IMG/VR virus record: IMGVR_UViG_3300030419_003589
Span: 1-64,000 of that record
DNA: 64,000 bases
Strand: one strand, 5' to 3'
Source of the DNA: a virus
Shown: piece after piece, positions 1 through 9,500 of the stretch
Position numbering within the stretch: position 1 is the first letter of the stretch
Layout: every line of letters begins with the position of its first letter
Notes under the pieces: generated by a model
What the model was told of the DNA's origin: nothing
Databases searched by the model: none
What the model saw: the letters and a program-made list of their open reading frames with translations, nothing else
Made by a program: the position numbers and the translations under genes

Positions 1-933
1 GCTATAGCACATGCTTATATTGGCAATGATGCTATTGACGGAGACAATATAGCCGACGATTCTATTAATAGCGAACACTACGTAGACGGATCTATTGATA
101 CTGCACACATCGGTGATGATCAAGTTACTGCTGACAAGCTAGCAAATACTTCTGTTACTGCCGGATCGTACACGAGTGCAGATATTACTGTTGACGCACA
201 GGGAAGAATTACAGCCGCCTCTAACGGGAGTGGCGGTGGTGGCGTTTCGGGCGATACCTTTGCGACAGACTTAAAAATAGGTAGAGACTCTCAAAACCTA
301 GTTGACTTTGCCACGACAGACAATAAAATTATATTAAGGGCGAACAACGTTGACCAAGTTAGCTTAATTGACAACGTGTTTGGTCCAGAAGCTGATAGCG
401 ATGTAGATCTTGGTACTAGTGCAAAAAGATGGAAAGATGCTTATGTTGACAGCTTAACTACTACTGGCGATGTTACCTGCGGAGGCGAAGTCAACACAGC
501 TAAGGTTTCCTACACAGATGGTGATGATGCTATAACTATTGCCGATGGTGGAGCTGTCACGTTTGCTCAGTCAATAAATCAAGCCCATGAAGCAGGATCA
601 TTGTCTAGTAATGTTCTATCTTTTGATTGTTCAAAGTCTAATTATTTTGAAGCAACAGTTAACGCTCAAGTAAATAGCATAACATTCACTGACGCTACTG
701 CTGGACAAAGAATAATCTTACTTATTACCAATAGCACAAGCTCTGCTCACCTTAGTGATTCCAACGGTTGGGACACCATAACAATTAATACGAATAGTGG
801 TGCAGATATATTATGGGCGGGAGGGATTGAACCCACCCTAACCGCTAGCGGCAAGGATATGTATGGTATTGTGTTTACTAGCACGGTAACTACAGCTTAC
901 GGATTCATCATTGGGCAGGACATTAAGGCGTAA
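1..933 (+). CDS. Tail fibre / receptor-binding-like virion protein, 5' truncated by the window edge (the ORF track start at 376 is internal)
   Basis: Frame 1 is open from base 1 (AIAHAYIGNDAIDGDNIADDSINSEHYVDGSIDTAHIGDDQVTADK...) through to the stop at 931-933. It has 10-residue acidic repeats, ITVDAQGRITAAS, DLGTSAKRWKDAY and a C-terminal beta-rich domain typical of phage fibres. Confidence 0.75.
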   Translation, partial: AIAHAYIGNDAIDGDNIADDSINSEHYVDGSIDTAHIGDDQVTADKLANTSVTAGSYTSADITVDAQGRITAASNGSGGGGVSGDTFATDLKIGRDSQNLVDFATTDNKIILRANNVDQVSLIDNVFGPEADSDVDLGTSAKRWKDAYVDSLTTTGDVTCGGEVNTAKVSYTDGDDAITIADGGAVTFAQSINQAHEAGSLSSNVLSFDCSKSNYFEATVNAQVNSITFTDATAGQRIILLITNSTSSAHLSDSNGWDTITINTNSGADILWAGGIEPTLTASGKDMYGIVFTSTVTTAYGFIIGQDIKA

Positions 934-1331
934 TGGCTAATTTAAGAAATCACATAGAAATTCACGACTTAGACACCGAGAACGCGAATTGTACTGGGTC
1001 TGGTCCCAGCTACGACGTGGAATATGATGCGTCCGACGAACCGGATAACGCAAAAGTTGGGCACTATGTTTATGTTGAAAAAAGAGGGGCTGGAGATGGA
1101 GCCAGCAGCACTGTCCTCTCCACTTACGTTTACGTTATTACCGCCGTTCAAGCGGGAGGGCTGGAGGGTGGCGGCCTAACTTTAACAATGAAATACCTTT
1201 ACGACACCGCTGGAACTGGTGACGATTCCCCCTGCGATTTACCCAGAGGGGATGGTAGCTCCGGTAGCCCCAATCCAGCCAATCACAAAGTGGTGATGAT
1301 ACTAGGACCAGCATTTTCAATGTTTATGTAA
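933..1331 (+). CDS. Hypothetical protein, probably virion-associated
   Basis: 132 aa, TAATG overlap with the fibre gene, G/S/D-rich beta-type sequence. No family recognised. Confidence 0.55.
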   Translation: MANLRNHIEIHDLDTENANCTGSGPSYDVEYDASDEPDNAKVGHYVYVEKRGAGDGASSTVLSTYVYVITAVQAGGLEGGGLTLTMKYLYDTAGTGDDSPCDLPRGDGSSGSPNPANHKVVMILGPAFSMFM

Positions 1332-1332
1332 T

Positions 1333-2394
1333 ATGTCGGAATTAAAATTCAACCCAGAACAAATTATCAAAGAGTGCCAATGCCCTAGGTCAGGGTTCTG
1401 TGCTTTCTTTGGACAGGAAATGACGTATCAACCACCAAACTGGCAGTGGTGCCAAAATGCCACTCCGGAGGAAAGAATGTGGTATAAAGAACAGGTAGAT
1501 AAAAAACACGATAGATACTCTTATAAGTTGAGTGGAAAATTTATAACCATCAGTAATATGATCCATGCGATCAAGACTAAACTACTACCTAAATTGGCAA
1601 CCCTCAACCTAAAGGGGATTGCGGGAGTTCCTAGATCTGGAGTTTTCCCCGCCAGCTTAATCGCCATGTGGCTAGGTATCCCCATATATGCTTTTAACAA
1701 AGAAGGCGATCTTTTCCCCCTCTCCGCATTGCATGACTTTGGTGGATTCAGGATGCAGAATCATAAAGACGGGGACGGCAATATACTCATCCTCGACGAT
1801 ACGCTCTATGGCGGCATCGCTATAAGAAACGTGAAAGAAACAATAGGGGATAGGGACGATGTTTTATATGGCGTGGTTTATGTGCATTCCCAACGCCCTA
1901 ACGATGTAGATGTATTTGCGGAAACACTAGATCCGCCACACCTCTTAGAGTGGAACTTCTTTAATAGTGCATATGTAAAAAATTCTTTCTTAGACCTCGA
2001 TGGAATCCTATGTCCCAATGTTCCCTACGAGTGTTCGTTAGACGAGGAAAGTTATATTGACTATATCACAAACGCAGAGCCACTTTATTACAGAAAGCCC
2101 TCTACATATAAGTGCAAGGGAATTATAACGGCCAGACTTGAAAAATATAGAGACATAACTGAACAATGGCTGGAAAAACACAATATAAAATATGGCGAAT
2201 TAATAATGTTTCCCACAGAGAGGGAAAAAGAGAGAGACGCCAATCATGTTGTTGAAGCTGCAACCTTCAAGGCTCAGGTCATTAGTCGATATCCTCCCTG
2301 CTATTATATTGAGAGCGAGATACCGGAGGCTAGAATTATAAGAGAAAAGGCTCTCACAACAGTTATTTGTCCACAGGAAGGAAAGTTTGCATAA
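1333..2394 (+). CDS. Type I phosphoribosyltransferase-like domain fused to a HAD-superfamily domain, with a Cys-rich N-terminus
   Basis: GIAGVPRSG and ILILDDTLYGG (PRPP-binding loop); FLDLDGILC (HAD motif I), IITARLEKYRDITEQWL and YIES; N-terminal CQCPRSGFC...WC. Confidence 0.7.
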   Translation: MSELKFNPEQIIKECQCPRSGFCAFFGQEMTYQPPNWQWCQNATPEERMWYKEQVDKKHDRYSYKLSGKFITISNMIHAIKTKLLPKLATLNLKGIAGVPRSGVFPASLIAMWLGIPIYAFNKEGDLFPLSALHDFGGFRMQNHKDGDGNILILDDTLYGGIAIRNVKETIGDRDDVLYGVVYVHSQRPNDVDVFAETLDPPHLLEWNFFNSAYVKNSFLDLDGILCPNVPYECSLDEESYIDYITNAEPLYYRKPSTYKCKGIITARLEKYRDITEQWLEKHNIKYGELIMFPTEREKERDANHVVEAATFKAQVISRYPPCYYIESEIPEARIIREKALTTVICPQEGKFA

Positions 2395-2954
2395 TGGAAC
2401 TAATTAAAGAGTACGAGACGATACAAGAGATGTATCTAGATGTCCCCAAAAACGGTGTAGGGGTAGAGGTTGGTGTCTGCAAGGGGATGAACGCAATAAG
2501 CCTATGGCATATAACAAAGCCTATAAAGTTGTACCTTTGCGACACTTGGAAGGAACGTCACCCTAACTTAGGCCTAATTGAAGAACCTAGACTGTGGGAA
2601 GACAACCACGAAGAACTTGTCAACGCTCTTTTTTCAAGAGAAATAAATGCTGGAAAAGTAGAGCTTGTTAGAAAATGGGGGGCTACCTTCTTATCAGATC
2701 TAGAGTGCGATTCTTTAGACTGGGTTTACATAGATGCTTGCCACGACTATAAACCAGTAGCGATGGAGATCGACCAAGCGTTACTGAAAGTCAAAAAGGG
2801 CGGTCTAATAATGGGACATGACTATGTAACTAACTGTCAAGTTTGGAGAGCTGGAGTTATCAGAGCTGTTAATGAAAGAATTCAAAGTGGCGACATGAAG
2901 ATGGTAGGTATTACGATAGAAAAGTTCCCAAGCTACATGTGCGAGGTCTTATGA
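2394..2954 (+). CDS. Class I SAM-dependent methyltransferase (Methyltransf_24-like)
   Basis: VGVEVGVCKG, DWVYIDACHDY, VKKGGLIMGHDY. Start refined to the ATG at 2394, which overlaps the upstream TAA. Confidence 0.85.
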   Translation: MELIKEYETIQEMYLDVPKNGVGVEVGVCKGMNAISLWHITKPIKLYLCDTWKERHPNLGLIEEPRLWEDNHEELVNALFSREINAGKVELVRKWGATFLSDLECDSLDWVYIDACHDYKPVAMEIDQALLKVKKGGLIMGHDYVTNCQVWRAGVIRAVNERIQSGDMKMVGITIEKFPSYMCEVL

Positions 2955-3484
2955 TATATCTGCCAAAACGGGCGGTGTTTATACACATACCAAGAACTGG
3001 CGGCAATTCGATCAAAAATGCTATAGCGAGTAGTTGCGTAGGACATGGGATAGCGTGCCTAATTAGCACAACTCCTAACTTTATAAAAGAATTTGAAATG
3101 ATCCAAGGTCATCAGACGGCTTATAATTTAAAACCATACATAAAAGAATGGGACGATATTTACCGATTTGCAGTTCACAGACCACAAAAAGATAGATTTG
3201 AAAGCATGTTTAGACTCATAGAAAACGTTAGAGACAAGGGGAGCTGTACACATCCAAATATTCATGAAGAAATTAAAGAAGTGGTGTGCAGAGATGACTA
3301 CAGAGAGTGGATTTTAGAAAACTGGAATGACCACACAACGGAATTTTTTACAAAAGGAAAGCACGGCGAGGATCTTGGGGTTGAGCTATACAACTTTGAT
3401 GAATTAAATATCCAATGGGACATGATATGTGATAAGTGCCAAATCCCAAGATGCACCCTACCTAAATTGTGCGAAAGTTTTTAG
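2951..3484 (+). CDS. Sulfotransferase (Sulfotransfer_2-like), copy 1
   Basis: FIHIPRTGGNSI (5'-phosphosulfate-binding loop) and RFAVHRPQKDRFES (3'-phosphate-binding region). Start refined to the ATGA overlap at 2951. Confidence 0.75.
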   Translation: MIYLPKRAVFIHIPRTGGNSIKNAIASSCVGHGIACLISTTPNFIKEFEMIQGHQTAYNLKPYIKEWDDIYRFAVHRPQKDRFESMFRLIENVRDKGSCTHPNIHEEIKEVVCRDDYREWILENWNDHTTEFFTKGKHGEDLGVELYNFDELNIQWDMICDKCQIPRCTLPKLCESF

Positions 3485-3486
3485 AC

Positions 3487-4020
3487 ATGTTATACCTACC
3501 CAAGAGAGCCGCCTTTATTCACATACCAAGAACTGGTGGTCACTCAGTAAAATCCGCCATTAGTAATGTTTGCCTGAGACACAATATACCGGTTGTCGCC
3601 AGCACTATTCCCGGCTGGATAAAACAATACGATAGAGTTGAGATACATCAAAGAGGGGTTAATCTTAAAGGCTACATAAGAGAATGGAAAGACATTTATA
3701 GATTCACTATTCACAGACCTGTGGAAGATAGAATTGCGAGCGTTATAAAATGGGTAGAGCACCTAAGAAGTACAGATTTTCATAAAGATCCTAATACGGC
3801 AGAAGAAATGAAGAAATTTATTGGGCGAGATGATTATGTAGAGAATATAATAGAGACTTGGACCCCCTACACCACCCAGTTTTTTACAGAAGGGGATTAT
3901 GGTGAAGATCTTGGGGTAGAAGTTTATAAATTTGAAGAGTTAAAAGACAGATGGTACGAAATATGCGACAAATGCCAGATACCAAGATGCGAGTTACCAC
4001 ACCTTAACACCAATGAGTAA
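3487..4020 (+). CDS. Sulfotransferase (Sulfotransfer_2-like), copy 2, tandem paralogue
   Basis: FIHIPRTGGHSV and RFTIHRPVEDRIAS. Colinear with copy 1 (both start M-x-YLPKRA and end ICDKCQIPRC-x-LP). Confidence 0.75.
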   Translation: MLYLPKRAAFIHIPRTGGHSVKSAISNVCLRHNIPVVASTIPGWIKQYDRVEIHQRGVNLKGYIREWKDIYRFTIHRPVEDRIASVIKWVEHLRSTDFHKDPNTAEEMKKFIGRDDYVENIIETWTPYTTQFFTEGDYGEDLGVEVYKFEELKDRWYEICDKCQIPRCELPHLNTNE

Positions 4021-4043
4021 AACACTATATATTTGCTAAAACC

Positions 4044-4052
4044 GTGTATAAT
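4044..4052 (+). promoter_or_regulatory. Putative phage late-promoter motif GTGTATAAT
   Basis: Lies in an AT-rich intergenic gap upstream of the AGGAGA RBS of ORF 4095. The same motif occurs at 50366 and a variant at 14105. Confidence 0.55.
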
Positions 4053-4094
4053 ATGTAAACCTTAGTTTTTTTTATTAATCAGGAGAGACGACAC

Positions 4095-4394
4095 ATGGCA
4101 GTTTTTTCAGTAGAAATAGCGGACGAGGATGTTTCAAGAGTTCTGTCTGCTATTGCGGCTAACTACAAGAGACCAGCACAGGTAGTAAATCCGGATTTTG
4201 ATGCTACTCAGCCCGTTGACGAGGCTACTAATCCAGAGTTTGTTGATAACCCAGAGACAGTACCGCAATTTGCCAATAGAATAGTAAGACAGTTTTTGGC
4301 TGAACACGTCGCTTCATACGAGGCTGATGTAGCTAGAAAAGCCGCTGTTGAAGCTCTTAACACCTCAGTAACAATTAGCGATCCGGCAGTATAA
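4095..4394 (+). CDS. Small hypothetical protein, probably virion-associated
   Basis: 99 aa, strong RBS (AGGAGA), first gene after the putative promoter. Confidence 0.6.
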   Translation: MAVFSVEIADEDVSRVLSAIAANYKRPAQVVNPDFDATQPVDEATNPEFVDNPETVPQFANRIVRQFLAEHVASYEADVARKAAVEALNTSVTISDPAV

Positions 4395-4531
4395 TGTTTG
4401 GAATGTACCCCTTTTCTTATTTACCAATCGCATCTTCTGACGAGATGCTATTTAAAAGTAATGGGGAAATTATATCCTTAACGCTATCGGTGCAGAACGT
4501 TGTAAACGTTAGCTTGAGCATACAAAAATGA
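4394..4531 (+). CDS. Small protein not in the ORF track (45 aa, MFGMYPFSYLPIASSDEMLFKSNGEIISLTLSVQNVVNVSLSIQK)
   Basis: Starts at a TAATG overlap with the upstream stop and ends in an ATGA overlap with the next ORF. Confidence 0.65.
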   Translation: MFGMYPFSYLPIASSDEMLFKSNGEIISLTLSVQNVVNVSLSIQK

Positions 4532-4650
4532 CGGTAGAAGTAAACTTAAACATACAGCGATCCACGGCGGCCACCCTAAATATTGAAGGTGCGCTTTTTG
4601 AAGTGGGACTAAATATTCAACTAAGTTTACCAATTACTCTAATAAGGTAA
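4528..4650 (+). CDS. Small protein not in the ORF track (40 aa, MTVEVNLNIQRSTAATLNIEGALFEVGLNIQLSLPITLIR)
   Basis: ATGA overlap at 4528-4531; stop 4 nt before ORF 4655; repeated LNI beta-strand pattern. Confidence 0.6.
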   Translation: MTVEVNLNIQRSTAATLNIEGALFEVGLNIQLSLPITLIR

Positions 4651-4654
4651 CAAA

Positions 4655-4969
4655 ATGGCTAGTGAAATTCATAAGGACGACGTTGGCACAAGATTCTTGA
4701 TAACCGTCAAGGACGATGGTAGTCTCGTTAACATATCTGGGGTCTCAGGAGCATCTGTACACCAGATAAGTTTTAGAAAGCCAAGCGACACTGTTATAGA
4801 GAGAAATGCTACACTTCAAGACTACGGTATTTCAGGTGTTATGTATTACGATACAGTGGATGGAGATTTAGATGAAGCCGGGGTATACAAACTTCAAGCT
4901 AAGGTTGTTGTCCCGAGTGGTACATACTATACAGATATTTACACTTTTAAGGTTAATAGCAATATATAG
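4655..4969 (+). CDS. BppU N-terminal-like (Ig-like baseplate upper) domain protein
   Basis: HKDDVGTRFLITVKDDG...ISFRKPSDTVIERNATL...YYDTVDGDLDEAGVYKLQAKV resembles BppU_N-type domains. Confidence 0.55.
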   Translation: MASEIHKDDVGTRFLITVKDDGSLVNISGVSGASVHQISFRKPSDTVIERNATLQDYGISGVMYYDTVDGDLDEAGVYKLQAKVVVPSGTYYTDIYTFKVNSNI

Positions 4970-4976
4970 GTGATTT

Positions 4977-5495
4977 ATGTCTTGGCAAGGTACAATGTCT
5001 ACAGTCGTACGCCACTTGGTGAACGACGTTGATGCAACGGCTTATACTTTTACGCCGTCTAGAATAGAAACAACTATTTTGGTCGCAGCCCAGTTGTTGG
5101 TTATGAATGTCGATTTTAACAACGACTATACCATAAACGTGGAAGCGATCACCTTATCTCCAGATCCAACAGATACATCAACAAAAGATGACGCTTTTAT
5201 AACTTTGGCTTGCTTGCGAGCTGCGTGTATAATATTGGGTAGTGAGATAAGAAAAGAGTCTGGAAATGCTATATCAATTAAGGATGGCCCATCTGCGATT
5301 GATCTTAGAGGTGTTACTCAGACCTTAACTGTCTTATACAAAGATTTATGTGAAAAATATGAGAAATCATTATTAGAATATAGAGCTGGCAATGGTGTTG
5401 TCGGACAGTCAATACTTGGTCCTTACAGTCCCGGTTCACATGGAATAGCTAGGAACTACGCGGATCACAGATCAGGTGGATATTTTGACCATTAA
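4977..5495 (+). CDS. Putative head-tail connector/adaptor protein
   Basis: 172 aa, predicted helical, with SIKDGPSAIDL and a C-terminal helix LYKDLCEKY. Position in the morphogenesis operon. Confidence 0.4.
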   Translation: MSWQGTMSTVVRHLVNDVDATAYTFTPSRIETTILVAAQLLVMNVDFNNDYTINVEAITLSPDPTDTSTKDDAFITLACLRAACIILGSEIRKESGNAISIKDGPSAIDLRGVTQTLTVLYKDLCEKYEKSLLEYRAGNGVVGQSILGPYSPGSHGIARNYADHRSGGYFDH

Positions 5496-5508
5496 AGGAG
5501 ATTTTTAA

Positions 5509-6510
5509 ATGGCTACGATGAAAAGCTCTGGCGACCTAATAGCCAGCATCAATTTAGATATGGCAGATAACAATGCTGGATTAATTTCAGCAGAAGATGT
5601 TCGTCACAACATGGCGGACACGGCTTTTTCTATAAACAGAATAGTCGCCAGTGGCGACACAGAGGTAGAGTTTCCGTTCTTTCATAATGTCAAGATTGCC
5701 GCGACCGGCAGGACGACAAACGACATTGATGGTAAGCTAATTATAGAGTCTGGAATTAGATTTCCAAATGCTCCAAACGGCGATACGACAATGTTACAAC
5801 TCGTACCATATCCCGGACCTTGGGCTATCGACCATAATCAGTTAGACAATCTTCCCAATGGACACCCCCACACTCAATACTATCATATAAATGGTGTGGA
5901 TCAGGCCAATAATGTACTCAATGGGCATGTTCCCGTTGGTCACGCTAACTGGATAAATGCCTCTGGCTATGCTTCTATTGGATTTAGGTTTGTCCCAGTA
6001 ATGGGTCACGAACAAGAAATCTATACATCTGGAACTCTAAGGTTTGGAGACGGCTCTAGTATACCAAACGGCAAGGTTGGAGCAAAAGCTTGGTGTAATT
6101 TCAACGCCAGCGGTAATCTAGACGGTAACCTTAATTTGCCATACATAAGGTCTTGGCACAATATTAGCGGTATAGAAAGGCTCGCTCCCGGAAAGCTAAA
6201 GATTACTTTCCCCTCGGGTCTTTTCTCTGATAATGACTATGTTGCGATTGGTCATGCAAATGGAACAGTAGCCTCTGGTAGCAAAGAAGATATGGCGGTT
6301 AACACTGTCGGCACAGTTCTTAGAGAAGGAAATGATGGAGCTGACGATGTAGACAACCCAAGAACCTGTACTTATGTCATTAGGAACATGGCTGGACAAT
6401 ATGTAGATGCTGAAATATGCGACCTTGTAGTCTATGGATATGAACCCGGAGAAGTTTCCGGCGTTGTCCCCACAATGACAGTATCCGCTTCTTATAGTGA
6501 AAACGAATAA
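5509..6510 (+). CDS. Tail fibre-like virion protein
   Basis: DHNQLDNLPNGHPHTQY fibre motif and a KAWCNFNASG...IRSWHNISGIERLAPGKLKITF C-terminal domain typical of phage fibres. Confidence 0.6.
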   Translation: MATMKSSGDLIASINLDMADNNAGLISAEDVRHNMADTAFSINRIVASGDTEVEFPFFHNVKIAATGRTTNDIDGKLIIESGIRFPNAPNGDTTMLQLVPYPGPWAIDHNQLDNLPNGHPHTQYYHINGVDQANNVLNGHVPVGHANWINASGYASIGFRFVPVMGHEQEIYTSGTLRFGDGSSIPNGKVGAKAWCNFNASGNLDGNLNLPYIRSWHNISGIERLAPGKLKITFPSGLFSDNDYVAIGHANGTVASGSKEDMAVNTVGTVLREGNDGADDVDNPRTCTYVIRNMAGQYVDAEICDLVVYGYEPGEVSGVVPTMTVSASYSENE

Positions 6511-6531
6511 TTCTAAAAATAAGGGCTTAAA

Positions 6532-9500
6532 ATGCACTCCGATATAGTCATACTATCAGACAGAATTAAAGAACTTTCTCACACTGCGGGACAGGGAGCT
6601 TTGACCCTCGATGGTGAGTTGGCTGGCTTTAGCCCTTTTAGCGACTTTTATGAGTATGGGGATGTCGTATATTATGCGGCAACTGATGGTACTAGATACG
6701 AGGTAGGCTCTGGGGAATACAGACAAAACGGCTCCAATAACGAGCTAACAAGATTTCCCTTAAGAAGTTCCAATCTAAATTCTGGCCCTTACTACCTGAA
6801 CGGCAAGAGCGCTGATGGAGCAACTCGTGGACAAGAGGGTTATTTTTATCCCCTATTTCTCACTAAATCATCAGCTTTAGCAGTTGCTGGTGCTACCAGT
6901 GCTCACACCCATGCCTTTTCTGGGTATCCCGGTGTTACTTTTTATATGCCCAACAATCACGCTGCCCACGCACAAGGGTCGGCAGCAAGTGCAACTGGTG
7001 TTGATTATGCCGCCTCCGGACTCCCTGTTAACTTCCCAGATGCTGGCATAAAAGAAGTATATGTAACTTATCCCGGCAAGTATTCTGTATTTACTGGCTA
7101 TGGCATAAGTGGATATAGAGAACCAAAGATGAGCGGTGTTGCCTTCTGGGGTAGCGAACAACTCTTAAACTACGATAGCGACATGTTATGGTCTGATGCA
7201 CGAGCTAACCTTGGTATATCTCAGACAAATCCACAGTTTGCTATTGACATTGGGGGCGATAGAGCTTATTCTCAGATTAGAGCTTCTGGCTTCTTTGGTG
7301 GAGGTTCTGGTATTTATTTCTCTGGAGGTCAAGCTTTACCTCAAGATGCCACCAAAACAGCTTCAGGCGGAAGGCAGCTAGAGCCGTTCTTTAGAAATAA
7401 GCTAGACGGAACAACTGGCACAGACGCCGTATTCTACCTGAGTGGCATTGTAAATGAAAGCATATGTTTCCTTCCACAAGAGAAGGGTACTATTTTCTCT
7501 GGCCCTGCAAGCGGATGTGAAACAGCAGGCTGTAGCCCAGCTACTCCAACATTTAGATTCTTGACACTAGAAGATATCCCCGACCTCTCTTCGCTGTATG
7601 TCGTCCAATCTAAAACTATGGACGAAAATCCAAATACCCTAACTCAAAATGGAGCTATTGCCCTATACCAAGAGAGCGGCATTATCACTTACGATGATGG
7701 GTTTGTATTCTTAAAGTCTGCCAACAGGCTAGGCATCGGAACCAACGCTCCAAATTACGCTTTAGATGTAATGGGCGGTAACCTCGGCGTTAGCGGTGAC
7801 ATTATTACGTCTGGCGACATCTATACTACGTGGAATGGAAGCGTACGCTCCAGTGGAGACCTCGCTGTAAGAAATAATGCTTATGTTGGAGGCTCTGTTA
7901 CTGTTAGCGGCGACCTGTTTGTCAAAGGCACCACTACATATATTGACAGTACAAATGTAACAATACACGATAAACAGTTGGAGTTAGCCTCTTTAAGTGG
8001 TAATGCAATCCATGACGACATGGATTCTCTCATTGACGATGGTGGTATTCTAGTAAGATCTTCTGGTAACGGATCGGCAGACACTGGCGATAAGAAATGG
8101 ACTTGGAAAAATGCCTCCAACACATGGGCTGCCACAACGTCTAACGGTGAAAATTTAGGCATCACAAGTAGTGGTATCATCTTTAACGGCGGCATGGGTA
8201 CTGTTAGCGGAGCTTATCTAGCAGGTAGCGGTCTTACACTGCTTAATAACAAATTGACTTTTGCTATTGGAAACATGTTTAAGGTCGGGGCTGTTGCTTC
8301 AGGCCATGACGGTAATGATGGTAATTACATAACTAATCAGATTCATCAGGCTGATGAGATTGGTTTTAGCGGAATACATGGCGTTGCAGTAAACGTAAGC
8401 GGTGAACCCTCCAATCTAGCAGCGGGAGGCTTTGTTAGTGGTATAACATTAACAGTCGATCCAAGCGGTCTTTCTGGCCTACTTTACAATGAGATTACCC
8501 ACAGTGGGGCTGCGGTCTCTGGTCTTGCGAACACAGCGATTACAGCGGTTTCTGGAACTTTAAAGTATACGATTGACAACGGAGCTGGTTATGCTGGTTG
8601 GAAGGTCAAACAAGAAGACACGGAAACTCTTGACACTATCGCCACCACTGAGGCTGTATTATTTTCTGGTGTAAGTGGTGTTAATGTAGATTACGTACCC
8701 GGAACAAACACTTTGCTCTTCGACGCTGTTGCTCTTTCTGGCAACCTACAGTATAATATCGACGCCTCGGGAGCTGCGGTTTCTGGTTTTGCCAAGAACC
8801 AAATTAATTCTTCAGGTAACTTCCTAAGAGATTCTCTCAATGCTTCGGGAATGAACATCTCCGGAATGTTTAACCACACTGTAAATAACCTTACCTTATC
8901 CAACATCACCGCTGCCACTGTAATTACTTCCGCAGAGGGTGTTGGTAGCAATGATAACGAAACTACTTTCCCAACGACTGCTGCCGTAAAAGCCTATGCC
9001 GATAGCGTGGCAGGTAGCTCACCTAGTTATGCTGGCTGGAGAATACATGAAGCAGACACAACGGCAACTTACGACACTATTGGTTCTAATGAGGTCGTAT
9101 TATTCTCTGGTGTAAGCGGTGTCCATGTAGACTACATAGCTTCAGCAAACACCGTACTGTTTGACGCAGTGGGAATCTCGGGTAACCTACAGTATAATAT
9201 TGATGCTTCTGGAGCTGCGGTTTCTGGCTTCGCCCTGAACTATACTGACGCTTCTGGCAACTATCTAAGAGATCAGATCCAACTTTCCGGAGTTGCGGTC
9301 TCTGGCTTCGCACTGAACTATACTGACGCTTCGGGTAACTTCCTGCTAAACAGTATTAACGCTTCGGGAGCTGCGGTCTCTGGCCTTGCAAACACGGCGA
9401 TTACAGCGGTTTCTGGAACCTTAAAGTATAGTATGGACCAAATAACGCCATCCACAGCTGGTTCTGGCCTTATAAAGGTCGCACTTACTGACGGCTCAGA

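Noticed and set aside
8504-9430. Repeat pairs in the fibre gene as DGR template/variable repeats
   Set aside because: Both copies are within the coding stalk, mismatches are synonymous and not adenine-specific, and no reverse transcriptase is in the window.
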